DNA from: Diadema antillarum | Taxonomy: Eukaryota | Assembly (NCBI RefSeq): GCF_040938485.1 | Contig: NW_027271384.1 | Span: 3,720,001 to 3,784,000 of the forward strand | Length of the DNA stretch: 64,000 bases | Reading direction: 5' to 3' | Part shown: positions 55,201 through 64,000 of the stretch, in pieces | Position numbering within the stretch: position 1 is the first letter of the stretch | Layout: each line of letters starts with the position of its first letter | Notes under the pieces: generated by a model | Databases searched by the model: none | The model's input: only the letters and a program-made list of their open reading frames with translations | What the model was told of the DNA's origin: nothing | Program-made: the position numbers and the translations under genes

Positions 55201-58200
55201 AATTTGCATGGCTCCTATCTCCTATCTCATATTAAGGCCAGCACTTTTATTGATAAAGAAATTACAATATTCACTAACAATGCTTTAAGACAATTTCTGT
55301 ATGAATCCCGTTCACTCTTAGAACACTTAGTGTGTTCCAGAAATTTGTTTACCAGGCTGGTCCAAAGTTATGGTATTCTATGTCCACTATGCATTAATAA
55401 TCTTACTCACAATGATGACTTACAATGTACATTGACTTTGAGCTCTTACTGTGTCCCAAAAATTTGTTGACTACATCGGTCCAGATTTATGGCATTTCAT
55501 GTAATATACTCATGCAGCTAAAACCCTGATACCCTGTCTTCATTAAACATATACCGCCTGTTAGTCTTAGTCTCTTTGAATTGATTGCTTCCATGATAAC
55601 ACCTGTGAATGTAATAGTATATATCGTAAATGCTATAACTTCAAAGTCAGTGAATTAAACTTGTAAAGAATAATTGATTAACAGCAGAAGACAAGACCAT
55701 GCTGAAGGATGGGAGGCAAAGGTGAACACCTCCACAAGGAATCTTGAATAAGCCAGAGTTCGAGATAAAGTTCAAGTAACGGTTTATTTCACATAAAAAG
55801 AATGATACACATGATTAGCAGCTACAGGGCTGACATTATCATGTTTACAAAGTAAAAATACATACAAATAATCATCATTTCATACCAAATGGAATAACAG
55901 TGAGAATATACATATCTAAATAAGACTACCAAATGGAATTTCAAAATAAGAGAGAGAGAAATGGAGCAGAGAGAGAAGGAGCAAATATGACTCTTACCGA
56001 GAGGTATTCTCCACTTGGCAGCAAGCAGCCACAGTCTTCTGGTGCAACACATGCTAGCCCATCCCAGATCAGACCATCATTACACACACAAGCCTCGATG
56101 CAGGACACCGGGCAGTCTGGTCGGCCAGATGGCTCAGCACAAGAGAGTGGGCAGCCACTGGCACACGAGCTGAGTGTCATGCCTTCTGGGCAGGACAGCT
56201 CTACCATGTCATCATTAAAAAAAATAATAATAATGATGATGATGACAAATTATGATATAGATAAAGCAAGATGAAGCCCATTTAAGGGCAGGTAGGCCTA
56301 ATTAATGTCAGAAAATATTAGCAGACAGCTTGTATGCTTTATCAAGGATCTGGATAAAAACTTTGGTGATGTTGTACTAGATACATGACACTTTACTTTA
56401 ATATCACAGCGCAAGTGCACCTTTTTTATCAGTGAATCCATTTCATACAAGGATGTATTACAGTTTCTGTATGTAAGTGGTGTCTGTATGAAAGAGAAAC
56501 AAATATTCAGTTTCAGTTTGTTTTACTTTTTCACTTGTAAAAAATTAAATAATTCTGACAAAATCAAAATAATATAAACAGCCCTTAAAAGAAATAGACA
56601 CGATTCCTTTTATAATATACGTACATACAATTCATTGTACCTTAAGGTTAAGAGTTCAATGAAGGTTTTCAATTGGAAATGATCACAATTAAGTTTGTTT
56701 GTTTTTCTGATAGTTCACTGTTACAATGAATTTTGAAAAAAAAAAGAGAGACTTGATATCGTCTTGGAAACTGAATGTGATGGAATTCCATGAATAGAAT
56801 ACTGACTTTATTCTCTCCTTTCCAAGCTCTCTAAGGAAATATCATTACAAGTGTGAGATAGATAGAAAGAGAGCTACTGCAAACGTTTATATTTTCACAC
56901 GATTAATTTTTTGCACTGAATGGCTCAAAAAACCTATTCGTGGGTTCTTGAATTCTTGCTGCATGATTGCCAACCCATTTCAATGAGCAGAGAAAATTGA
57001 GAAGATATTTTCGCGGGTTTTAGAATTTGCTTTAGCCAAAAGTAGTGCAAAATGTGCAAAAAATCATTGCACCGTGAAAATGTGTGCATTCATTGCATAG
57101 TAAATGAAGAAAGAGAAAATATTGCAAGGAGGCACAGGCCGTAGGTATGACATGAAAGACACTGCATACCACACTGGGTCAACTCGGATCTCCAGTTCCC
57201 AGGCGACCCTCCTGCCTCCCTGCAGGCAGAGGCGTAGGCATCAACATCCTCACACAGCAAATCATCTTCGGGTAGAGTTGCGCACAGATCATACACACAA
57301 GCCAGGAAATATGAGGACGGGTCAACGTAGCTAAAGCAATCTCCAAGCATGCCTGTATGAGAATATGTTCAACAGTGTAATAGATTTTCCATATGATATC
57401 GTGACATCAAAAGCTTTTTCTCGTAAGGTACACCGTACCTGTACAGTTTGACCTAAAAACAAAATTACTGGCCATCACATCTACCACACAAAATGTCCCC
57501 TTCTAATGGCAGTTTGTGTCATCTTAATTGCAAATTGGTTTTCTCTCTTCATGTCCTGCCTAATTTTAAAAAGAACATGATACATGAATCATTAAATGCT
57601 GTATTCATTAAAGGAAACAGGTTTTGATTGCTTATCACCTTCACAATTTATCATTGTTACCAGTACAATATGGATCCAGTCACAGCATCAAATCTAAATG
57701 GCAGCTAGATTAAGTCACTACAACACAATTAATGCTTCACTTGCTGGAACGTAGAATTCCTACACGTGTATGTATACTTTCTAATCTTGTCTCCTACTCC
57801 AGTATTCAGTGGTAATAAGGGGAAACAAATTAGATCTTTTATCTTCACTGCAGATCTGAGAAAGTATTGATGAAATCTTTTGCAGAGATCATAATATATG
57901 TCAATAAGTGTTATCTGCATGACAAATTATCCAATAATCAAGGAAAAATAGCACATGAGCAATATCCAATAAAATTCTGTTTACTATCAAAGTGATGAAA
58001 GAAAATTTGTACCATCCTCATCAGACAGAATGCTACACTGCGTTGAAGCTGAGGTACGGGTTGCATCATCAGAGCATGGGTCCACCAGATCACCAGGTGA
58101 GGTACATTCAGAACCACTCCAGCTGTTGGCAAACAGTACAGCAGAGGTGACCTGTTGGAACAAGGGTCAAAGGGTAGAGGGGGTCAAGGGCGAAGGTCAA

Positions 58201-61200
58201 GTCACATTCATAAATATTGTTCATGACAAATAAAAGTGGAGAACACACTACGCATAAGAGACATACAGTTCTATCAATATTGATATTGTAACACTCATCT
58301 GGGTGTCCATCGAAGTGACTTTCATCACAATGTCTCCCTTGTGCTGAAGTTGTCATACATCATTGCATGGCAAATCAATTTCAACAAGGCCAAGAACCGC
58401 ATCAATGCATTCATAGATGAAAATATTTTTCACAGTTGTCGACTGAAACACTGATGCATGCATTTATCCAATTACAATGAACAAATGAAATATAACTTTC
58501 TACAAAATTTTGCAAATGTATACATTGTACTTGTACGATGAAACTGGGGAATGAATCACATCACACCACAAGTGAGAAATGAGAGAGCTTTTACTGATGA
58601 TGTGGATAACACTTTAATAAAATGATTGTCATAGATCGCAGCTGTATGGCAACTACTAGGAATCTTACCACCCTGCCATCTGGTCTGGTGTAATCATTGT
58701 CTCTCAAGCCATCGTATGTCCCACACAGACCACAGGTGTGGTTGCGGTAGGTCTCTGGGAGTGTGATTTCTGCACGGTACCTTCCATCATACTGGACACG
58801 AAGCCCAAACTCAGTGGAGATGAACTGTGAGAAGAGGAAGGGAATGTGGTCACATGAAAGAAGCTGATTTTTCAAAAGAATAACTGATAATTTTGTAAAA
58901 CATAGAGTTTTGGGCATTATTTTGCAAATGACTTCCATGGTGTGTGAACAACAAATACATGGACACAGTTAAACCTGTTGTAACCAGTGAATTATGTTCC
59001 TCTTTCTTTGAGGTTCACATGGACTGGCATGCCTGACATATCCATGGTTGGTGACTGGCCGTAACTCTGCACCTTTGCTGATTAAAATGATTTCATGTCC
59101 TTCATCTTTTTAATAAAAGCCCTCTCTGTGAAATATGTGTAAATGTGGTAAATGAATACTTACAACATATCTGTATCTATAAAAAAAAAAAAACATGAAC
59201 ATCAATTCTATGGCAATTAAACAATCAAAATGCACAAAGATCACTTGGTAATCACAAGACATTAATAGCCCAATAGGATAAAATGGAGTAGGTCTTGCAG
59301 TACTGGACCTACCGTATGTGCTCCAGTGTAGAAGATGTAGATTGATCCGTCCTGTGATTGATAAGGCAGCGTGATGCGAACACCATCGACCGTCACAACA
59401 TGCTCACGCTCGATGGCGTAGACTGTGCCCTCGTAGTCCAGCAGGAGCTCGCGAAGGTAGGACACAGAGTCAGAAGGCCGCCGTTTGACGTTATCACTCC
59501 ACAGGTGGAAACTAGGAAGAACACTGGGTGTAGAATCCTCACAAACATCAGTGACCAAGGTGTAGTCACACTCCCCTTGGTAGTCGTAGGAGACGCCATC
59601 AAAGGTGATGTAGTGTGGATCTCCCCACACTGTGCAGATTTGGTACTCTGCGTAGTAACAAGTAGGTATGCAATGTGCAATGATGGGTAGTTATTATATT
59701 AGGTTATTGACCATGCGTGGCCCGGAACTAATCCAGATAGAGCCTTTTCAGCAATTAAGCAGCAAATAAATTCATGCAAAGATTTGAATCAGGAATGTTT
59801 GGTACCACATAAAGCACTTCTATCCTCAAGAAGTTTTCAGCATAAGTGAATTTACTTGATCAACACTGGAGCTCATATCAATGAAATATGAAAGAACTTT
59901 CTGCTACTACCATCATATTACCTCATTCTTTGGAAAACTACAATGAAATTGGTGCTACAGTTTCATTATGGGTCAAGACTAACAGGCTAGAGGTATGGGT
60001 AAGGATGTGGCTTATTCGATCTCCCACTTAAGCTTCACAATAACAGATATCACATACCGTATTCGCAGTTGGGTCCAATTCTGTTTGGCATGCACGTGTA
60101 GAATCGATTCCCAAGGCTAGTGGTGCTGACTGAAGTGTTAAGATTTGTGACGATGATCCGCACGTCGTAGTACTCTCTCCCTCGCAAGGAGGGGATGTCG
60201 GCAATACCCAGGGAGACATTGCTTATCGTAGGGCCCATCAGCCATGTCGTAGTCCTATAGACTCTGTACTGGAACTGGATCAGGTTCAATGTGGGTGGGG
60301 TAAAAGTGGCCTCCCAGGTCACTGTAAGCGAGGTAGTCCGTGCCGTCTGAATTTGTAAGTTGAAGGGCATGTCTCTTGCATCTGCGGTGTGAATAAAGTG
60401 GAAAGATCACAGATGTTAATAACAAATCAGTTTTCTCTAAACTTCAGCTTGGCCAGGAGTCACATGGTTTTTACGTACCACATTAAATAGATACTTAGGT
60501 GAAGGCAACAATGCAATGAGTCTAGCCTCATTGATTCCTCTTCACGTACTGCACATCTGTCTTAGTTTATGGCATGGCATCGATCATGATATGAGACAGA
60601 GAAAAATAATTGAACATACATGCACACATACATACCAACACACACACACACACAAGGATTCTTTTAAAAGAAAATCTTCCACTCAAAAAAAAAGTATGAA
60701 TCAATACCTATCAAAGAATCTTCAGCAAAATCATGAAGAACAAAAGGTCCAGCTTAAACTGCCATACCATCAGTGCAATTTTCTCCACTGAAGCCTTGAG
60801 CACACGTTGTGACAGTGACGGCCTCAGTGGTAGCAACAGTCCCACTCTCCGTTCGCCGCATCACAATCTGGACGCGGTAGTCAGTCTCATCCATCAAGTC
60901 CAGAATGCTGTAGAGGCGTCTGTCCCCATCCAGCTCCACTGAGGTCCAGTCCGAGGCACCAGACAGCTGGTACTCAAAGCGGAACCAGTCCACCTCGATG
61001 AGGACAACCCAGTAGACGGTGATGGCATTGTTCCAGATTCTAACGATCTCAATCTCGGGTCTGTCATCTGGTGTGGATGAAAGGAAAGGAGCAGACATCA
61101 TACAAGTATCATAACTCTATTATAGATGGTTACTCCCGGCAGGTTTATTTACTATGGTTGTGTCATGTCTACCTATGCTCTTTTCTGTAGTTTTTTTTTT

Positions 61201-63935
61201 TCTGTCTGCTTGTGCACATGTAACGTTAGCCCGTTGAAGACGAGTCCCAATTATACTCAGACAGGTGTCTAATAATGAGAAATGTGTATTATAGCAAAAT
61301 CAGCTCATCCTCAACAAGTAAATGTCATGTTTCCTCTTAATCAAATTTTGGGAATTACAATGTGTAGTTACGATTGACACAAGGTATTCATAGCATTAAT
61401 ATCATTGCTTCTCGAGTTCTAGATATTCAGCCCTGCCAAACAGCATATGCAATTTCCAGAATTTTCAAGGTACGCTACATCAGCAACATCTAAACATATC
61501 ATTTAAAGAGAACAGGAAAAAAAAACAAAACTCTTCCTCATTTGAATATTTCAAAACATATGATTTTACTATATGTTCTCATTTACTTAATATCACCAAT
61601 GGACTACATGTATATTTAAATGTTTTACTGCACAGTTTAGAGCTATGGGTGTGTTTCTGTACAGACAGCGTGGCAAAGGAATGACAAGTGCCTACTGAAA
61701 ACAGAAATGGTATCATCTACAGACCTTGTTCACAGTTCACACCGGCAAAACCAATGACGCATTCACACTCGTAGGCATTCACCAGATCTTTACAGGTGCC
61801 TCCATTTTCACAGGGTTCATTGAAGCAGTCATTGGCATCTAAAAACAGAATAGTTTGATTACATCAAATAGCACATACATATTTACATGCACATTTTGCA
61901 TTGCATTAGAAGTACCAATGCTACAATGTATAAACTTATCTGCAAGTAAAAACAGTATGTTCAGCCCATTTCTATAAATAGTTCACTTCTGCTGCTACTA
62001 CAGTTTGCTTTACCAACCACAAAAATGTCCATTAAATTTCACTCCCCCACCCCCTCCATTTGGTAAAAATGGGGGTTAAAGAACCCCAGCACTGCAACAT
62101 AACAACATTCCTGCATGAAGGCCATTGACACATATTGTAGACTGCACAAATTATGTAATAAGTATTTGATGATAGAAAAGTGTCATTAAACCTTTTTGCT
62201 AATTGGGCAACAAAAAAGTGAGTGTAAATCACTTAAAATGAATTGCACTTGTGTTACTTACTATTCATATTTTCTACTACAAGGAAATAACAACATATCA
62301 GAATATTCTGTTGTGTCCATCAGATATTCATTACTGAAACTAATATATTCAATTACTGCATCCCTGTGATCCCAACCAATATTGTCAATAACATTTGAAC
62401 TTTACTCTAATACTTCGTACTGTGTTGACATAAGTGTCCTTCTCTCTACACTTAAATGTATATAGTTAGACCTGAAAGTTTACATCAATGAGTTACATGT
62501 ACTTTTATCTTAAGTAGGAACAAATGGTAATGTGAAATTGAAAAGGACTCAACCTTTCCACGGACTAGGATCTACACCATATTTTTAGAGCACATCATTA
62601 CATGGAATTGTCACACCTTATCTTGAAATCAGGCTTACATCAGAGTCCTAAACTTACTCTGAATGTTTAACCAAACAGAATGCACTCTGATGGGTTACTT
62701 GAATACAGTGAAAACAAGCAGATTCTTACTGATTTGACAGTCTTTCCCAAAGAAGCCTTCGACGCATTCACAAGAGTACTGTCCAATTCCAAAGCCAACA
62801 CATGTTGCACCATTTTCACAAGGATCAGTGGAACACGGAGAAATGTCTATAGTGCAAAGATGACACGAATGTAAACGGGTTAGCATGAACTTGGTTTTTT
62901 TTAGTTTATATGTTTTTATGTACATTGTATGTATTACATTATCAAGGCACCTCTATTTTGCATATAATTATTCTAACACTGTTGTAACATCATATTGACA
63001 ATAAAATGCACTAACAAAACTGAACTGAAATGAACTGAAAAGCATCAGTCTCATATTCTGCAAAGCTAACCTCTCCTCAAAGTTTTTAAAGCCTGCAACA
63101 CTAGTTCGTAAATCTTCTCTGCATTCAAAAGAGAAAGAACAAGGAAAAGTAGAAATTACGCGGTGCGTAATATATGTCCCCGCCGGAAGTAGCATTTAGT
63201 AGCAAAATGTACAATATAGGTAAAAAATCAAGGTCAAAGGTCAAAGAAGTCAAAGGTCAAAATTCTGTGTAGAAGTTTTGAAGCCCTCACCTAGTGCCAT
63301 CACATAAAGGAAACAGAATTGAAATCGGGTTAGAAATGGCGAAGGAGTAGCATTTTGTAGCCAATGTACAATATAGGTCAAAAATCAAGGTCAGAGGTCA
63401 AAGAAGTCAAAGGTCAAAATTCTGTGTAGAAGTTTTGAAGCCCTCACCTAGTGCCATCACATAAAGCAAACGGAATCGAAATCGGGTTAGAAATGGCGAA
63501 GGAGTAGCATTTTGTAGAAAATGTACAATATAGGTCAAAGGTCAAGGTCAAAGGTCACGACTGAAATTCTGTGTAGAAGTTTCGAAGCTCCCATGTAGTG
63601 CTATCATATAAAGCAAACAGAATCAAAATTGGCTCATAAATGACAGAGAAGTAGCAAATTGAAGATTTTGATCACACACGGACGCACACACGGACACACG
63701 GACGCACGGACGGACGGACGGACGGACGGACGGACGGACACACGGACACACACACGTACGGAGCCCGTTTCATAGTCCCCTGCTCGAACTCGTTCGGCGG
63801 GGACAAAAATGCAACTCTCACCAATCTCGCATCTGTCACCAGAAAAGCTTGTCGTGCAGGAGCACCTGAAGTAGCCCACAAAGTCAAAGCAGGTTCCTCC
63901 ATTCACACAGGGGTAGCTGGCGCACTCGTTAATTT
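1..63935 (-). CDS. Giant cysteine-rich secreted protein, EGFx3-FN3x2-(VWD-C8-TIL-TILa)x>=16; FCGBP/zonadhesin/alpha-tectorin-like; multi-exon, 5' and 3' ends outside the window
   Basis: 96 exons bounded by AG/GT with compatible phases. They translate to cbEGF, FN3, VWD (WGDPHY...CGLCG), C8 and TIL cysteine patterns, about 18.9 kb CDS in total. No start codon, signal peptide or natural stop is visible. Orthology cannot be assigned, so no symbol is given. Confidence 0.9.
594..3329 (-). CDS. Module M15 (array copy; 1-nt homopolymer deletion in first exon as assembled)
   Basis: Exons 3008-3329 (322 nt, CCC for CCCC at 3306-3308), 2487-2642, 2141-2288, 1630-1818, 937-1139, 594-768. Confidence 0.85.
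3827..6560 (-). CDS. Module M14 (array copy; first exon garbled by several indels as assembled)
   Basis: Exons 6233-6560 (328 nt instead of 323), 5720-5875, 5374-5521, 4863-5051, 4170-4372, 3827-4001. Confidence 0.8.
7098..9828 (-). CDS. Module M13 (array copy; three 1-nt exon indels as assembled)
   Basis: Exons 9505-9828 (+1), 8991-9146, 8645-8792, 8135-8322 (-1), 7441-7642 (-1), 7098-7272. Confidence 0.8.
10366..13094 (-). CDS. Module M12 (array copy, intact)
   Basis: Exons 12772-13094, 12259-12414, 11913-12060, 11402-11590, 10709-10911, 10366-10540. Confidence 0.9.
13632..16368 (-). CDS. Module M11 (array copy, intact)
   Basis: Exons 16046-16368, 15525-15680, 15179-15326, 14668-14856, 13975-14177, 13632-13806. 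Confidence 0.9.
16906..19642 (-). CDS. Module M10 (array copy, intact)
   Basis: Exons 19320-19642, 18799-18954, 18453-18600, 17942-18130, 17249-17451, 16906-17080. Confidence 0.9.
20179..22907 (-). CDS. Module M9 (array copy, intact)
   Basis: Exons 22585-22907, 22072-22227, 21726-21873, 21215-21403, 20522-20724, 20179-20353. Confidence 0.9.
23445..26173 (-). CDS. Module M8 (array copy, intact)
   Basis: Exons 25851-26173, 25338-25493, 24992-25139, 24481-24669, 23788-23990, 23445-23619. Confidence 0.9.
26711..29447 (-). CDS. Module M7 (array copy, intact)
   Basis: Exons 29125-29447, 28604-28759, 28258-28405, 27747-27935, 27054-27256, 26711-26885. Confidence 0.9.
29985..32721 (-). CDS. Module M6 (array copy, intact)
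   Basis: Exons 32399-32721, 31878-32033, 31532-31679, 31021-31209, 30328-30530, 29985-30159. Confidence 0.9.
33266..36002 (-). CDS. Module M5 (array copy, intact)
   Basis: Exons 35680-36002, 35159-35314, 34813-34960, 34302-34490, 33609-33811, 33266-33440. Confidence 0.9.
36540..39292 (-). CDS. Module M4 (edge copy of the array; two frameshifts as assembled)
   Basis: Exons 38970-39292, 38429-38584, 38085-38230 (146 nt instead of 148; TGA at 38144-38146), 37577-37766 (190 nt instead of 189), 36884-37086, 36540-36714. Confidence 0.8.
39502..39666. mobile_element. PIF/Harbinger-like MITE (~160 bp)
   Basis: 21-bp terminal inverted repeat CTGGGCCCCATTTCATAAAAG / CTTTTATGGAATGGGGCCCAG (1 mismatch) and a perfect internal 18-bp IR (39536-39553 / 39614-39631). 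CWG-like flanks. The homologous intron position in the array copies is empty. The superfamily is inferred from the GGCC termini. Confidence 0.75.
40118..40167. repeat. (CA)25 microsatellite
   Basis: Read directly. Confidence 0.97.
40273..40496. mobile_element. TA-flanked MITE (Tc1/mariner-pogo-like)
   Basis: Perfect 19-bp IR TACTGTATAAGCTGTTATT / AATAACAGCTTATACAGTA, extending to 27 bp with 1 mismatch; TA at both ends; internal TTTTCGCG motifs. Confidence 0.8.
40795..45001 (-). CDS. Module M3 (closest diverged relative of the array unit, long introns)
   Basis: Exons 44679-45001, 43746-43901, 42338-42485, 41859-42044, 41139-41341, 40795-40969 (1191 nt), in frame. Confidence 0.9.
42837..43500 (+). 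mobile_element. Degenerate copy of the 45805-46976 non-autonomous element family
   Basis: The first ~230 bp align by eye to 45806-46030 (for example CACAAATGTGTTGA...ACTTTCCTT.AACTAGGTTT). It also has TTGACCTTTGAC motifs and a homologous 3' end GACAGACAACC...ATAATGCCT. Confidence 0.7.
45542..45625. repeat. 3 x 28-bp minisatellite (GGTAATATACATGTAATATGTCAAAGTC)
   Basis: Copies start at 45542, 45570 and 45598; 1 mismatch. Confidence 0.92.
45805..46976 (+). mobile_element. Pearl/DINE-1/HINE-like (Helentron-associated) non-autonomous element
   Basis: 5' AACTAG with GCCTCCGCC (45835-45843); repeated internal cores with TTGACCTTTGACC; ACGG/ACAG microsatellite remnant at about 46891-46920; 3' stem ATGCCTCC...GGAGGCAT (46934-46941 / 46963-46970) followed by an A-run. 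Confidence 0.7.
47109..53835 (-). CDS. Module M2 (diverged VWD-C8-TIL-TILa; RGDPH variant)
   Basis: Exons 53507-53835, 52519-52674, 51839-51980, 51151-51330, 48167-48378, 47109-47283 (1194 nt). All GT-AG and in frame. Confidence 0.88.
48003..48036. repeat. (CA)17 microsatellite
   Basis: Read directly. Confidence 0.97.
48544..48730. mobile_element. Foldback/MITE-like element with ~50-bp arms
   Basis: Perfect 29-bp IR 48544-48572 / 48702-48730. The arms extend to 48593 / 48663 with 2 mismatches. There is an 18-nt tandem duplication in the right arm and an 8-bp hairpin in the spacer (48598-48620). Confidence 0.7.
49051..49208. repeat. Long interrupted palindrome with a central GAC-GAA-GTC mini-hairpin (unclassified interspersed-repeat end)
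   Basis: 27-bp stem 49096-49122 / 49136-49162 (one T.G pair); outer stems GTAAAACTA/TAGTTTTAC and AATATTGACTGCT/AGCAGTCGATATT. Confidence 0.8.
49813..50327. mobile_element. TA-flanked MITE (related in style to 40273-40496)
   Basis: Perfect 16-bp IR TACTGTATACGCTATA / TATAGCGTATACAGTA with TA termini; TTTTCGCG/CGCGAA subterminal motifs. Confidence 0.8.
52224..52267. repeat. (CA)22 microsatellite
   Basis: Read directly. Confidence 0.97.
54201..54740. repeat. Old ~200-bp tandem duplication spanning the M1 TILa exon donor junction
   Basis: 54201-54325 aligns with 54401-54522. 54348-54380 (GAGACACTCCCTTTCCATTGACAGACTT) matches the real junction 54694-54725 (GAGACACTCCCTTTACCTCTGACACAGACTT). Confidence 0.65.
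54535..54680. mobile_element. Small MITE-like inverted-repeat element (~146 bp)
   Basis: 22-bp IR AGCAAGCTTTAGATCTGCAACG / CGTCGCAGATCTAAAGCTCGCT (2 mismatches); it interrupts the second copy of the 200-bp duplication. Confidence 0.6.
54710..59647 (-). CDS. Module M1 (diverged VWD-C8-TIL-TILa)
   Basis: Exons 59313-59647, 58669-58824, 58013-58151, 57170-57352, 55998-56200, 54710-54884 (1191 nt). All GT-AG and in frame; contains CTVWGDPHY and TCGLCG. Confidence 0.88.
56875..57102. mobile_element. Degenerate TA-flanked MITE
   Basis: TACTGCAAACG...ATTTTCAC at the left and GTGAAAAT...TTGCATAGTA at the right; internal TTTTCGCG motif like the two better-preserved MITEs. The termini are imperfect. 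Confidence 0.45.
60058..60381 (-). CDS. Fibronectin type III exon ending in an EGF-like C-loop, 324 nt, phase 1-1
   Basis: CAG acceptor, GTATG donor; [23 protein letters not shown]...FQYRV...[11 protein letters not shown]...[13 protein letters not shown]. Confidence 0.85.
60768..61067 (-). CDS. Fibronectin type III exon ending in an EGF-like C-loop, 300 nt, phase 1-1
   Basis: CAG acceptor, GTATG donor; [20 protein letters not shown]...FEYQL...[11 protein letters not shown]...[14 protein letters not shown] shows the FN3 W/Y/L-x4-Y pattern. Confidence 0.85.
61725..61838 (-). CDS. EGF-like (calcium-binding type) exon, 114 nt, phase 1-1; absent from the ORF track
   Basis: Translated by hand: [41 protein letters not shown] acceptor, weak GTCTGT donor. 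Confidence 0.88.
62730..62846 (-). CDS. EGF-like exon, 117 nt, phase 1-1
   Basis: TAG acceptor, GTAAG donor; [39 protein letters not shown]. Confidence 0.9.
63138..63809 (+). mobile_element. Well-preserved Pearl/DINE-1/HINE-like element: subterminal IRs, 3 x ~157-bp cores, (GACG)n, 3' hairpin
   Basis: Perfect 10-bp IR TGTCCCCGCC (63175-63184) / GGCGGGGACA (63796-63805). Core GTAGCA starts at 63189, 63347, 63504 and 63651. CACGGA/GACG microsatellite at about 63672-63760. 3' stem GTCCCC..CGAAC-TC-GTTCG..GGGGAC followed by AAAAA. Confidence 0.82.
63822..63935 (-). CDS. EGF-like (calcium-binding type) exon, 114 nt, phase 1-1
   Basis: CAG acceptor, GTGAG donor; [38 protein letters not shown], with the C-x-D-x4-F-x-C hydroxylation consensus. 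Confidence 0.92.
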
Positions 63936-64000
63936 CTGGAATGAGAAAGCGTAAAATTTTACAGCTGAAGGTCAAGGGTAATTCAAGGTTCATTTCACAT

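Noticed and set aside
63634-63821. C-terminal VRPS-repeat extension of ORF 63634-63993
   Set aside because: It is read-through past a canonical GTGAG donor into the (GACG)n microsatellite of a transposon and is not part of the spliced CDS.
1-63935. Assigning the symbol FCGBP, ZAN or TECTA
   Set aside because: The diagnostic terminal domains are not in the window and the EGF/FN3 region matches none of these genes. Orthology needs a phylogeny.
39293-64000. tRNA, rRNA or snoRNA genes and autonomous transposase or RT ORFs in the long introns
   Set aside because: I found no cloverleaf, rRNA-like stretch or long ORF with catalytic motifs by eye. Small ncRNAs cannot be excluded without a covariance-model search.

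Overview
Eukaryotic genomic DNA with GT-AG introns, microsatellites and MITEs. The repeat types and protein architecture suggest a marine invertebrate deuterostome such as an echinoderm (inference only). The whole window lies inside ONE minus-strand multi-exon gene that is open at both ends. I reconstructed 96 exons by hand from splice sites and phases, about 18.9 kb of coding sequence (about 6,300 aa). Right to left they encode 3 EGF domains, 2 FN3 domains, then 15 complete VWD-C8-TIL-TILa modules (M1-M15, 6 exons and 397-398 aa each) and the start of a 16th. The product is an FCGBP/zonadhesin/alpha-tectorin-like secreted protein, and every VWD keeps the GDPH autocleavage motif. M4-M16 (positions 1-39.3 kb) form a tandem array of a ~3.27-kb exon+intron unit in which introns are about as identical as exons. 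The array shows a higher-order duplication, mosaic copies, CpG-biased coding substitutions and a divergence gradient at its right edge. M1-M3 are old, diverged copies with long, transposon-rich introns. Frameshifts cluster at 3.3-9.5 kb (probably assembly noise) and in M4 (including a premature TGA). Nearly all plus-strand ORFs in the track are antisense or intronic artefacts multiplied by the repeat.
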